Assembly (NCBI GenBank): GCA_008632985.1
Contig: QPGO01000063.1
Span: 372,001 to 412,276 of the forward strand
Length of the DNA: 40,276 nt
DNA from: Psammoneis japonica
Taxonomy: Eukaryota
Reading direction: 5' to 3'
Positions within the stretch are counted from its first letter, which is position 1. Every line of letters begins with the position of its first letter. The position numbers and the translations under genes were made by a program. Under the pieces are notes generated by a model. That model was not told the DNA's origin and made no database searches. It saw nothing but the letters and a program-made list of their open reading frames with translations. Below, piece after piece: positions 1 to 11,400 of the stretch.

Positions 1-175
1 TGGTCAGTCTTCTTCCAACCAGTCTGTTCTCTTGTAAAAGAAAACTTTGCAAAATGACTTTCAGAGTGGCTTCCCATTGTTTGACATGCAAACCCAGTCT
101 GCAAGCATCAGTGAGAAGGTCAATTTAGATCTTGGTGAAAACAGCTGGACAAATGAACGTTGCAACACAGTGCAA

Positions 176-531
176 CAGTGTTTCCCGAATGTGCATTTTG
201 GTCGGACCAAATTGGCATTTTGGTCAAACCAAAATGCTTTTGTCGACCAAATTGCCAGACCGACCTGATCAATTTGGTTGACCAAATTGACATTTGCAAA
301 ATCTCGACCAAATTCATTTCATGCACATTTCCACACAAACAATGCCAACACAGCTTCTACGAAATTTGCATGGCATGTGTCGACATGCGCATTTTGCCAA
401 ATTTCCCCAACCAAAATGACATTTTTGGGAAACAAAATCATTTTGGTCGCGAGCATCAAATTTGTCAACAAACTTGGTCTGACCAAAATGCCAATTTGGT
501 CGACCAAAAAATGCACATTCGGGAAACACTG
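176..531. mobile_element. Non-autonomous DNA transposon (MITE-like) with ~55-bp terminal inverted repeats and CAGTG termini (hAT-like)
   Basis: Left end CAGTGTTTCCCGAATGTGCATTTTGGTCGGACCAAATTGGCATTTTGGTC is the reverse complement of the right end (...GACCAAAATGCCAATTTGGTCGACCAAAAAATGCACATTCGGGAAACACTG). Interior has many TTGGTC/GACCAA subterminal repeats. No target-site duplication is visible, so the superfamily is tentative. Confidence 0.75.
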
Positions 532-572
532 ATGGGGGGGGCAAGTGGCACATTGCCATTTTCTAAGAAAAA

Positions 573-756
573 TGAATGAATGCTGCCATGACAGCTGAGA
601 ATTGGGTGCAAGACAAGACAGAGTGTTGAACAGCATCAACAGGTTCTAGAATTGTGAGATGTTGCGCTGCTGGGGCCACTGAACAAGCGACAGTGGACCA
701 ATCGCCAACAGCACTTAAACTGCCTGCATCCGTGACAGTGCATCAGCATTTGTTCA
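573..756 (-). repeat. 3' LTR of the copia element (184 bp)
   Basis: Gap-free direct repeat of 7490-7673 with 17 mismatches by manual alignment. Begins TGAA, ends TTCA. Confidence 0.95.
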
Positions 757-766
757 GTCCCCTCGA
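757..766 (-). promoter_or_regulatory. Polypurine tract (plus-strand primer) of the copia element
   Basis: Minus strand reads ...CGAGGGGAC immediately before the 3' LTR. Confidence 0.6.
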
Positions 767-907
767 ACTGACGCCAGCTCCGCTCGGGTCAGATCGACAG
801 ACAAATGCAACCTGATGCTGCCCCATTCCAGGGCAGCAATTGCATTTTGGGGGTGGGAAAAAGCCGCACCTATGCGGCAAACCCGTTCGGTTTGTCCCCT
901 TTGGGGC

Positions 908-3900
908 TCACCACAGGATGTGACTTATGATTTCCCGGAGCTTCGGCCCAGGCAACAACTTGGTCAGTGCATCCGCTAGATTCGTGTGTCCATCTTCCCA
1001 AGCAATGCGCACTGTTCCAGCGGCTTGTGCCTCACGAGTCCTGTGATGGGCAATTGCATTGTGCTTCTTCTTCAAAGTGGACTCTGGTTTAGTTGAGTTC
1101 TTGAAGACAGCTTCATTGTCGCAGAAAACGTCAGTGGCCCCATCCATGGGGATTCGAGCATCCGAAGCTTGCAACGCAAGGCTTCAATTTGCTCCACTGC
1201 AGTCTTCACAGCCACGAACTCCGACCCAAAAGCAGAGGACTCTACGGTGTTCTGCCGCTTAGAGTGATGCAAGATGGGCACTTGTTGGATAAAGATCAGG
1301 AGACGGGTTCCAGTCCCAGGTGGGACTTTTTGTGACATTGGGCCCGCAGAATTCTGCGCGCGAGCTCCGCAGCAAAATTGTTGAGCAATGGACACATGAA
1401 TGATCGCCAACAGAAAAAGAGGCAATTTTGCGAACGCATCTCCTCCTCCACACTTGAAGTACATTCTTTGCGGCATGCCCGGGCAAACTCTTTAGACATT
1501 AAAGAACACACCCAGCGCATTTTTGTTGACGTGAGTGCAGATGACAGAAAGCCTTTGGCTTCGCAAAACAGGCAGTGTGGAACAATTTTTTATAATAGAA
1601 CACGTAGAAATGTACGTGCAAAACATGCGACGGATGATAAAAAATGATTGTGTCACAGTTCAGTGGCACGAGGTCCCACCTGGAGCTGGAACACGTCAGG
1701 ATCCCAGTGTGGGACCTGCGCGTCACACGGCATCCGGCGTGATCAGCATCGACAAAGCAAGCAGCAGTCACGTCATTCCTGCGTGCCTCCGGCACATTCG
1801 GCGGCATTGGTTCAGCCGCGCCAGGGTGACATTCTTCCCAATCACACTTGGTGAAGCGACTCTCATCAAAGACGGGCTCAGTGTTGTCGAACACCAGCGC
1901 AGGCAGACTTAGAATGAGCCTTCAAGTGTGCAAAGACATGGAGCACCTTGTCCAGGTGTCCAACTCGTGGTGCCGCCAAGTGGGAGGACATGAGCGAAGA
2001 CAGCAACAAAAATGTCCACTCGCCCCAGTTCAACCACCCACCGCAGCACACCGACAAGGCCTTGACAGCAGTTGGCCGTTTTGGTGTTCAACTCAGGTGA
2101 GCCGTCCAGTTCAGGCCCACGTCCCGAGCTCAAGGGTGTCGACACCTTCGTCGGAAGACGCCTGTCAGTTTTCTCAAGCTCCAATTCAATGTCAGCCAAT
2201 GCCCTTTTGACACAAAGGTCAGAGGACATGGCCCAGCATGTCTTGCCATCCGAGTCAGACAGCTGGCACTTTCCAACCTGGGCGCCTGAGCACTCTTCCG
2301 GCTCGCAGACGCTTCCGTCCTTGAGCGTGTGCCTGGAGCTCATGTGATCCATGACCTTCTGAGGTTCATGGGAGACGCACAACAAGTCGTCCACATGGAC
2401 AAGCACATGTTCCCAGTGCTTGAAGCCATCCGGCTCAACCGCAGCCCGCATCCAGACATCCGGGTCAGCCTTGCAAGACTCGAACCCAGCGTCCCGCAGA
2501 GCAGCTGCCACATGCTCCCTAAATCTTGCACCTGAAGATTTGAGACCATGCAAGGCACGGACAATGATCACCTGCCTTCCTTCGTTCTGCTTCCCAAATT
2601 CCAGGCCAGCAGTGGTGTGACATTTTTCCTCAGTGTGTGCCTTCAAGCAGGCATTCTGAACGTCAGCGCTCAGGACCTCCAGGTCATTCAGAGCTGCTGT
2701 GGTGAATGCCATCCTAACGCCATCATGCGACACCACGCTGGAACATGTCGATTCCTCAGGTGGATCGGTTTGATGGCCTCTGGCCACGAACCTCGCTTTA
2801 CGTTGGAGAGTGCTCTTGATGTCAAAGATCACATGACAGTCAATGTGTTTGCACCCGACCGGCACAGTGTCGTCATCGCGGAATTCGAACGCAGGCATGA
2901 CGTCACGCATTTCCTTCTCGATGGCTTTGAACCAGAAGTCGGTCCCCGTTCTGTCATCTATCTCCACAGCTTCCTCAACAGATTTCGGGAGTTCAATTCC
3001 GAACTTGTGCGCACATTTCCAGCAACGCGACTTGACTTTCTTCAGGATCCTCGACCTGCAACGCAAGACGTCTCGGACCCACCAGTTGAAGGCTGGCTCA
3101 CTGGCTGCTTTGTTCGCTGCAGCGTGCTCAGCAACCTCGACTGGGTTGGACTCCTTCAAATCCTTGAGAGGAACCCAGGATGTAGTCCCATCCTTCCATT
3201 TGACTTGCAGGTCCCAGCCTGCTGTCGTCCTCCTGGGAGCACGCCTGCCAGTCTTGGTCGTCATGTGCCCATCATCGGCCGTTACAGCACGGGCATCACG
3301 TCGGTGATCGACCATTTCCTTCATGATCTGGTGGGCATTCCCTTCAGAGTCGATCTGAGCGAATGGGTTCTCTGCAATTACGTTAGCAGCACAGGAATCA
3401 GTGGATCCATCAGGGAATTCCACGTCGTAAATCCTCGAGTCTAGGACAGGGTTGTCGTTCCTAGTGCCGACAGGAACCCCGTCGCCATCTCGCTTGTGTG
3501 CAATGACCCTAGCATGAGTCAGCTCGCCTCCTCGTGGTAACATGACTTGAGCTGTGAGACATTCATCTAGCCCTTCCGGGGCACGCTCATCAGCTTCCGG
3601 TTTGGAAGCGTTGGGTTCCACAGGTTCAACGGCATCATCCCATTCGTCCATGAAGTCATCAGGGAGTTCAGGGAAGTCAGCACTGGCATCCTTTTCCGGG
3701 ATGCTAAGCCGTTTGATCAAAGCTTGATCGACCGATGCAAGATCCGTCTGGATCGCCGGAGTTTTAAGGTCATCCTCCGGCATGGCCCATGCATCCTTCC
3801 AGATGATGGGTTTGCCTGATTCGGGCAAAATGATGAATGCCATGTCGTCAGTGCAGTTGTCAGCTACTCCGAGCCAACGGCCAATGCACTTCTTCTCGTG

Positions 3901-5521
3901 TGGGAATTCCGCCACAGGCATGCAGTGATGCACAGGTTGATGCCAATCAAAGAGAGAGAGGGAAGAGATGTCGGGTGCTGAACCTGTCACCTCCTCTTCT
4001 GGGACCCGTCCTCCCATGTCCGACACACTGGTCGCAATCATGCGTCGGATGTCACATGCCCATTTGGCGCCACAGGACCAAAGTCGCCTGTGAGCGCCAG
4101 TCCGGCATAGAGTCACACGGACTCTTTTCTTCAACTCACGAATGGATGCCTCGGCTGGGTTCTGCCAGGGGCTGTGTGGGGTGGACACCTCCTGGTGCAT
4201 CCTGCATTCCTTGCAGATCTCCTTGGTCTGGCCTTCCACCATTTCCGGTGCGCCATCCGACACAAGGACCTGCGGCACGCCAACGTCATGCACAAATGAC
4301 ATGACGGCGTCTGGGTAGGTCCTGTTTCCTCTTCCAAGGATGGAACCTGTCACACCCTCTTCCATTGGTAAATGCGCTTCCTCCTGTCTCGCCATGCATC
4401 GATTTAACCTTTGAAAACATTTTGTCGGAGTAGAGTCGTCCCTTGATCGCAGGGAACTTAAGCCAAGGGGCTTTCTTCCGGACTTTCCGTTCAGATGGTG
4501 TGCAGACATTACGGACCCCTGCCTGGGTCGTCACTCTAAGGGTGTTCTCAGCGGCCGTCAGGCCAATGTTCCACCTTTTAGAGAGCATCTCAGGCGTGAC
4601 AGTCGATGCACGACTCGAGGTCGACAGTGCATGCACCTGTTTCCGCTCGGCACAATCCGGGTGGACATCTGGGTCATGCCGGTCGTGTAGCCCGTCTCCC
4701 TCAGTGTCGTTGTGGGAGACATTTGCCTGAGCAACCAGGCGGTGATACAATGAATCATCGTCATTGGCATCCACAATGACATTGTCATCGTGACAGGACA
4801 TTTGGTGTGAATGAATGGAGGCGACACACCTGGTCGCATTCATCATCGTCAACCGTCCGTCCGACTTTGCTGATCCTTGGCGCACACTGGCACATGCATG
4901 CGCTTCCTCCTTTTGCGCCAGGGCATCAGCAGAAGGCTCCCATCTCAGGGGTGATGTGAGTTCCAGCCGAGGGACATTCTCCAGATCCTCCTTTGTTGGC
5001 TTGTGTGAATCAAAGACTGAAGCAACACCTCGCACTCGCAACGGCATCCTGATCTTCGAGTCAGGAAAGGAAATGGAGTGTGTGCTGGTCGGATCAAACT
5101 GGCGAGGGGTGTCGTGGACAGTCAGCCCATTCGCTCGCAGTTGGTTGGGGCACAGGAGGGTGTCAGTCATCTTGTCCCCAAAAAACACAGCCTCGTGGAC
5201 CAGCAGCAGGTGTGGTTGTCCATCAGTTGGATCAACCCACATGGCAGCAGCCGTGCAAATGGGAATGTTTTCCATTGGTGCATGCTCTTCAGAGCAGGGG
5301 TGTGCCACGACAGTTCTGTCGATGTCAGAGTGCATCACAAAATTGGACCCAACAGCACACGTGTCAGCGTGCGAGTCCAAATCAGTGGTGGCTTCGTCAT
5401 CTGAATTTCCAGCAGATGACAAAGAGACATGTGTGTCTTTTGAGAATCGCCCAGATGAACAAACAGTGCCAGCAGGTTTAGTGACATCTGGTTCCATGCC
5501 TTTCTGTGCTGGCGCAACCAT
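908..5521 (-). pseudogene. pol: Copia pol (protease, integrase, chromodomain-like segment, reverse transcriptase, RNase H), frameshifted and interrupted by a MITE
   Basis: Protease LDSHADT. Integrase VSDGA...PHSPWQNPAE. RT KARFVARGH, DVQNACL, ALHGLKSSG, HVDDLL. RNase H FVDADHAG...RRSHTG, SKRQNTVESSAFGSEF, CDNEAV, NLADALTK. Split over ORFs 4286-5521, 1909-4509, 1499-1894, 1072-1476 and 908-1174. Confidence 0.93.
1302..1697. mobile_element. 396-bp MITE inserted in the copia RNase H domain
   Basis: 25-bp TIRs (GACGGGTTCCAGTCCCAGGTGGGAC versus reverse complement GACGTGTTCCAGCTCCAGGTGGGAC) and AGGA duplicated at 1298-1301 and 1698-1701. Removing it restores RRSHTGILIFIQQ. Confidence 0.88.
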
Positions 5522-6943
5522 TCATTCCTCCTTCTGAGGTTTCGCATGCGCACTGCGACCAAACTGGGTGCCTGCATTGGCGGCAGGTTTGTCAGGCTCT
5601 TCGGAGTCTTTTGGTGCATCAGTGGGCTGAGCAGTGGGCTCGGCAACAGCTGCTTTCTTCACAGCGCGAGTTTCGGCATCGACCGACTCAGCCTCCGAGG
5701 ATGCAGCAGCAGCTTTGCATTTCTTTTCGGCCTTCTTGGCATCACTCAGCTTTTGGACTTGCTCTCGTTCGGGACCGTCAAGAGCACTCCACTCTTCAAT
5801 GGGACAATGGCCTGCCCGGATCCTGGGCTTGTCCTTCTTAGGTTGGTGCTTCCCACCAGGGTTGCTGCGCCGATTGTTGTGGCGTTGGATGGATGCAATC
5901 CCGCGAGTGTCGGCATTGCGGTTCTTGGCATTCTCGACCAGAGTTTTCATGTGCTGCTGGCATGCCTCAAAGTCCACTAGCTTCGCAGGGTTGCCGTCCA
6001 CCACGCTCTTGCCAGTTTCCAACCCAGGGTCAGAGACACCCTTCAGAAAGTCAGAGACCTTCTTGGTCTCGGCCACTGGTTCATCAAGCTCAGACAAGTC
6101 GTTGTGAGCCTTTTGATGGCGCTGGGTGCACTGGTCAAATGTAAAATCGACCCCGTCCGGTGCACTTCGCGGCAGCAATCTGTGCACAAGCACGGTTCTT
6201 TCGGGCAGTGGCGGCAGCCGATCCTTCCGCCTGCCTCTCAAGTGCGAAGAAGGCAGTGCGACCATCGCGACTGCGATTGGAAGGTTTGACAAAAGCCCAC
6301 CCGGGCCCCCCTGTCACTGACTTCTTCAAGAGGTCATGCAGGCGTTGCCTGTCCTGCGCATGCTGAGCTCCTGCAAGGTGGGTGGCAGCAGTGAGGTCCT
6401 CGTCAATGGCAGTGCAGGCAGCAGCCAACATCTCAGTGGTGGCTTCTTCATGTTCCCCAGTCAGGCAGACAAGGGGAACTCCGGAAACGGCGCTGCGGTG
6501 GTGACGCAGTTCGGTCTCCAGCAGCTCTTGAAAGGCAGGCCAGTCGTGTGGGTTCTTGAGCTCCACGGCCGTTTTGGCAGCCGATTCGTCGTCCGAGTCG
6601 GCGGACTTGAATTGCTCCAGTTCCGTCAGACGTGCCGTCCATGTTCCAATGACGTCGCCAGCGAAGAGAGCAGCGGTCGGCTCTTGATTCCGAGCTCTGT
6701 GGCAGTCAATCCATGCACGCAGTGCCTTGAGCTTGCGATTCGCCAGGCATGGAAAGCGGACTTGGGGGTTGGCGGCGGCATCCGCGCTCTTCACAACACC
6801 TCAGTCATGTCGGCAATTTCCATCAAAGGGACCTGTTCCAGGTCCTCGATCGCAGTGAAGCCTTGGCGGGCTGTGCAGGTGCGCGTCTGTGCATTGCATC
6901 CACAATGCGTAAGACAGGCGGTGAAGGCTGCGGCAGCGGCCAT
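5522..6943 (-). pseudogene. gag: Copia gag, frameshifted
   Basis: ATG at 6943, then ORFs 6135-6794 and 5522-6292 with CoDi gag-like segments (GVPLVCL, DGRTAFFAL, FTFDQC...HQKAHNDL, KKVSDFLKGVSDP). Lies between the PBS and the protease. Confidence 0.85.
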
Positions 6944-7475
6944 GGTGTGTCAATGGCTGTTCGCGTTTCGACGCGTGAGCATCCACTTGTGTGAGTGGAG
7001 GAAAGGGAGAAAAATGTGTGGTTCTCATGCCGATTTGGCGGTTTCTACTTAGCGAACCCGCGAGCAGGCGGTGTTACCCCTAAGCAACAATATCCAACAG
7101 ACATGTATCCACATGTACAGTGTCTAAACAATTCGATAACGTATTTTGATTAATGAAATGTATATGATCAAATAACAGACCTCAATACATAAATCATTAT
7201 GTTATCTATATGACGAATGTTTATATGTCTTAGCCAACATATTCCATCCACCTGATCAAACATTTCGTATACTAACGTCATGTCTAACGGATCACAGCTC
7301 TGGTCTCCAAGAGCATATCGTTCATATCCATGAATATTGATATATATAAAGGACTCAGCGATTACGCGAGCAACCATGGGACCAACATGGCGCTTGCCGC
7401 AAAAATCGATCGATCGCAACGATGCCGTCGTACCGTTCGCGATGCCCGTTCCAGGCGATGAACATCATAGTGTAT

Positions 7476-7486
7476 TGGCTCTGATA
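7476..7486 (-). promoter_or_regulatory. Primer-binding site, initiator tRNA-Met type
   Basis: Minus strand TATCAGAGCCA three bases inside the 5' LTR, matching the core of the canonical TGGTATCAGAGC PBS. Confidence 0.75.
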
Positions 7487-7489
7487 AAG

Positions 7490-7673
7490 TGAATAAATAC
7501 TACCATGATAGCTAAGAATTGGGTGTAAGACAAGACAGAGTGTTGAACAGCATCAACAGGTTCCAGAATTGTGAGATGTTACGCTGCTGGGGCCACTAAA
7601 TAAGCGACAGTGGACCAATCGCCAACAGCGCTTAAACTGCCTACATGCATGACAGCACATCAGCATTTATTCA
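7490..7673 (-). repeat. 5' LTR of the copia element (184 bp)
   Basis: Direct repeat of 573-756 with a perfect 9-bp terminal inverted repeat TGAATAAAT...ATTTATTCA. Confidence 0.95.
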
Positions 7674-8439
7674 AAAATTCACTGTTTGAGAATTCACAGA
7701 GATTTTTTGTCATTGATTGTCCCGTGTTTTCAAATTGTCCATTTCTGATTTGTGACAAGCACCTCCATGTAAAATGCAAGTGACAAGGCAAAACAACAAC
7801 AAACAAGAGCTTGCAGGCCCACATCATTCAATGTGAGTGTGCATTGTGAACTTGTCATGCTGCTGTTGCATGAGACAATGGCCAAATGACTGACTTGTTG
7901 CACAAGTTGGATGCCAAAAAACTCTGCAAATTTGGTGCACCACCGTGTGGAATTTCGCTGATGACCAGTCTGTCCTCTTGGAGCAAAAAAGGCCCTTCTT
8001 GCAACACTGGCAATGGTGTTCAGAGCCATGAGTCTGGCAAACAGAGGCACAACAGCACATCAGTTGATGATGGCAGAAGACAAAGAAAGAAGTGTTGGAG
8101 CATAAAAAAACTTGTCAATTTTGGAAACAAAATCAACTTTTGCAGAGACATCAAAATGCACCTGAGGCCATTCAAATCATCAAAAGTGAAGTGTTTGCAT
8201 TTCCTCTGCTGTTGCATCAACACACCAAGTCACACAACCTCTCACTCTCATCATCTCAACATGTCACACTACAACCTCTCACTCATGATCTTAACATGTC
8301 ACACACAGCTGTGCTCAGTGAAGCAGCTGCTTCTCTGCCATGTCCATGACAAAAGTGCCTGGCAGCTCTGACAAAGCAAACAAATTGGGTTTGAATCACA
8401 CAATGACTGGCTTTCAACCCAATTCAGTTAAAATGGATC

Positions 8440-11400
8440 CCAGTTGGCACAAGGACAATGGATGTGAAGTCTTGCTTTGACAGTGGCTCACCTCATGGTG
8501 GGGATCAGCCTGAGATGGAACAGCAGAGCAGGAGAGCCAATTGAGATGCTCTCAACTCTGGAGCAACTCCTGCGCTGCATCAGCACCAACTGTGGAGTGA
8601 CTGAAATGTCTTTTGGGTCCCAGATGCAGAGAAGGCACCAGGCATTGGACAAGGGAATGGTGTGGGGACCTTGAATCTGTTGTGATCAAGGAAAAAAGGA
8701 GCCAGGTTTGCATGTGCCCTGCAATGAGACAACACAGTGGAGTTTGCAGGGTTCTGTTTCATCAATGATTTCAACAGCTTACAATGCATTGGAGAGGGAG
8801 GAGATGAAGCAGTGGAGTGAGTTGTCTGCAGAGTGCAAGACACTGATGATCTTTGGGAGGCAGGCACAAGCACAACCAGCAGTGGAGTTGCACTGGACAA
8901 GAACCTGTGCTGCTGCCTGGTGGCTTTTAAGTGGAAGCAAGGCAACTGGTCCCACATGAAGCAAAAGGAATTGAATTGCAAGTTCTCTCTGTCAAGGACA
9001 TCAATGGGGACATGGGCATTTCACAAGGCAAATCAAGGCCCATGAAGCAGAGCATGCATTGGGCATCAGGCTTGCAGTTGACAGGAACAACCAGATGGAA
9101 GTGAAGCACCTCTGCCAGGTTGCTGAAGAGTGGGCCAAAAAGGCCACAACAGGACATCTCAACTGTCAGGATGTGTGGTCAAACCTGACCACCACAGCAA
9201 TGAAGACTCTTGAGCATCCGTTGCCAGCTCTGACAATCTCAAAAATTCAAGCCAAGTTCACCATGGCCCCAGTCCCAAAGAGGGGACTCCCAGAGCCAGT
9301 GTTTGCCAAAACATGACCAGAGATGTCATGTGTGACTCACCCACCTACCCAGGGCCTGTGCACAAACAACCTGTTTGCAACTGGCAAGTCCACAGCACAG
9401 ATCAGAGTCATCACAAAACACTTGCAACTGGGGACTGTCACAGGTGACCTGATCAATGCAAACCTTCAACAGCATCAGCTTGAGTTGCGACTCCTGGGGA
9501 CAGTTCTTTGACCACTGCTGCAAGGATTTCCCGCTCCTTGCAACTGAACTCATGGGTCAAGGATGTTTGGAAATTCCTGCCCAAGAACAGATGCATCTGG
9601 AAACTGACTTGCCCACCCTTGCCACACACCGTGGAATGTCAAGTTCCTGATTGAACAGCTCCACACAAAGTGGATTCAAGGGCAAGAAACTGACTTGAAT
9701 CAATCTGCATCAACTCTTCTTGCAGGTGAATGCAATCTCTGACATTGTCACAGGAAACAGGAGATGGGTGCTGCAAAACTGCTTTGATGGTGACCTGCCA
9801 ACACATGATCTGTGCCAATTGGAGTGCAACTGGCCAGTTCAAGGCAACCCTTGCACAATGATTGGAGGTGGTGGAAGAAGGAGGCCCTGGAAAGAGTTGC
9901 AGGTCCTCAGAGAACACAATGATCATTGGCCCTTTGCACAATAAATGGACAGACCAAGCAGTGCACAATTGGCCCCATTTCTTGTCCGCTGCAGATCAAC
10001 ACCAAGTCTGGGAGCAATCCCAGGATGGTGGATGGAGGTGTTGCACACTGGTGCCACAAAGTCCTGCTTGATCCAGTCAGCAAAGATGCCACTTTGGAGG
10101 TGAAATGGACAAGGCCCATGCCAAGCACAAGAGAGCAACCTGCCAGAGGAACAGACTCCACTTGACCTGCAAGAAGCAATTGACCAACTGTCTCAGACAT
10201 CAGGTGGTTGGTGGAGGATTGCAAGAATGATGATGACAGGCTGAAATTGCCAGGGCTGTGTTTGATGGGATGGCCATGGCAATCTCTGATGGCTCTTGTC
10301 AAGCAGGGAGGGGTGCATCTGCATGGACCATTTGAGGACTTTGGGGTGCCCACATGAGATCAAAGGGACAAACATGACAAGGGGCAACCCATCCAATGTG
10401 AACACACACCATGCAGAAATCAAAGGTCAACTTGCAATGTTCATGACAGTCAATGCAATTGGCCACCTCCACGGGGTTGCATGGGGCCATGTGACAATCC
10501 GTTGTGACAGCAATCAAGCATTAAAAATTTCCAACATTTTGGACTGCCATTGAAGGCCAATCACAAGCAATTTGACATTCTCTCAGCTGCTCACACCTGG
10601 GTCAAGAAATGCCTGGTAAAATGGGCAGCCATCAATGTGAAGGGGCATTTGGATGACCATGTGGCATGCAAGGACTTGGATCGTCCCTCCCAAATGAGTG
10701 TTGACATGGACACAAGAGCAAAGGAGTGCCTCTTGGAGATTGACTCCATCCCAGGGGACCAAAGAATGCAAGGCAAAATGTGGGTGCTGTGGATTGGAGA
10801 TTGAAGAGGGCAAGGTGGCATCAAACCTGACCAATGCCATCTGCCATGCTGTTGATGGGAAGAGGTTGCTCTGGCTCTGGGTCAGCAAGGGTGGGTTCTC
10901 CACACTGACTGTCAGGGAGACAGACTGGGACTCACAGGTGAAGGCATTGTCTGACTTCAAACCTTCTTGACATTGATGGGCAGCCAAACACATGTCTGGA
11001 CCATGAGGCATCAATGAGGTGTCATGTCATTGGGGAGAGTCTCTGGTGCAATCTTGCCCAAGGTGTCTGCACCCAGTGAAGGACTCCAACCAGCATGCGC
11101 TCACAAGCCAAGCAGAGAGCACTGTCAAGACGTGGCACAACTCCTTGCACAAACTCAGGGGGTGGATGCTCAAGTCAGGAACAAACCCCAAAACAGCCAA
11201 GACAATCATTCAATGTCTGTGAGAGTGGAAAGAAGGTTTGCCCATGCCACCCATTGAATCTCATGATGAAGGAATCCAAGCCATGGTGCTGGACTCACAA
11301 GACTCCATCACACTGGATGGAGGAGGATTCATCAAGGGTTGTGTTTCACTTGACAGGAGGTTCACCCAAGATGCACACTGCAGGAGGGCAAACTCCAGGA

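Larger units (their letters stand above)
573..7673 (-). mobile_element. Full-length Ty1/copia LTR retrotransposon of diatom CoDi type, mutationally inactivated
   Basis: Paired 184-bp LTRs (TG...CA), tRNA-iMet-type PBS, polypurine tract, and gag-PR-IN-RT-RNaseH order on the minus strand. Flanks AAAAA and AAAAT give a 4/5 TSD match. Confidence 0.95.

Noticed and set aside
176..531. Recurrent TTGGTCGACCAA-like units as a CRISPR-like array
   Set aside because: Spacing is irregular, the units are in both orientations and lie between terminal inverted repeats in eukaryotic DNA; they are subterminal transposon repeats.
3375..3720. Apparent second protected island inside pol with several TpA sites
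   Set aside because: Many of the survivors are CTAG/CTAA/TTAG/TTAA, the resistant context, so protection is not clearly needed to explain them.
908..4509. Alternative genetic code explaining His/Cys in place of Tyr
   Set aside because: Host genes in the same window, such as alpha-SNAP, use normal Tyr codons at conserved positions.
908..6943. ADAR-type editing of the retrotransposon RNA before integration
   Set aside because: That would give A>G on one strand only and identical LTRs. Here both A>G and T>C occur, the LTRs differ, and a MITE and tandem repeats are also affected.
2548..7052. Long plus-strand ORFs (2548-3444, 4815-5537, 6336-7052)
   Set aside because: They are antisense shadows of gag/pol, kept open by loss of TAA/TAG stops, with no independent motifs.
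573..7673. Classical fungal RIP (CpA to TpA) as the cause of the LTR differences
   Set aside because: The direction is opposite. The TA-bearing LTR keeps the perfect terminal repeat, conserved Tyr codons are lost, and stop codons are depleted rather than gained.
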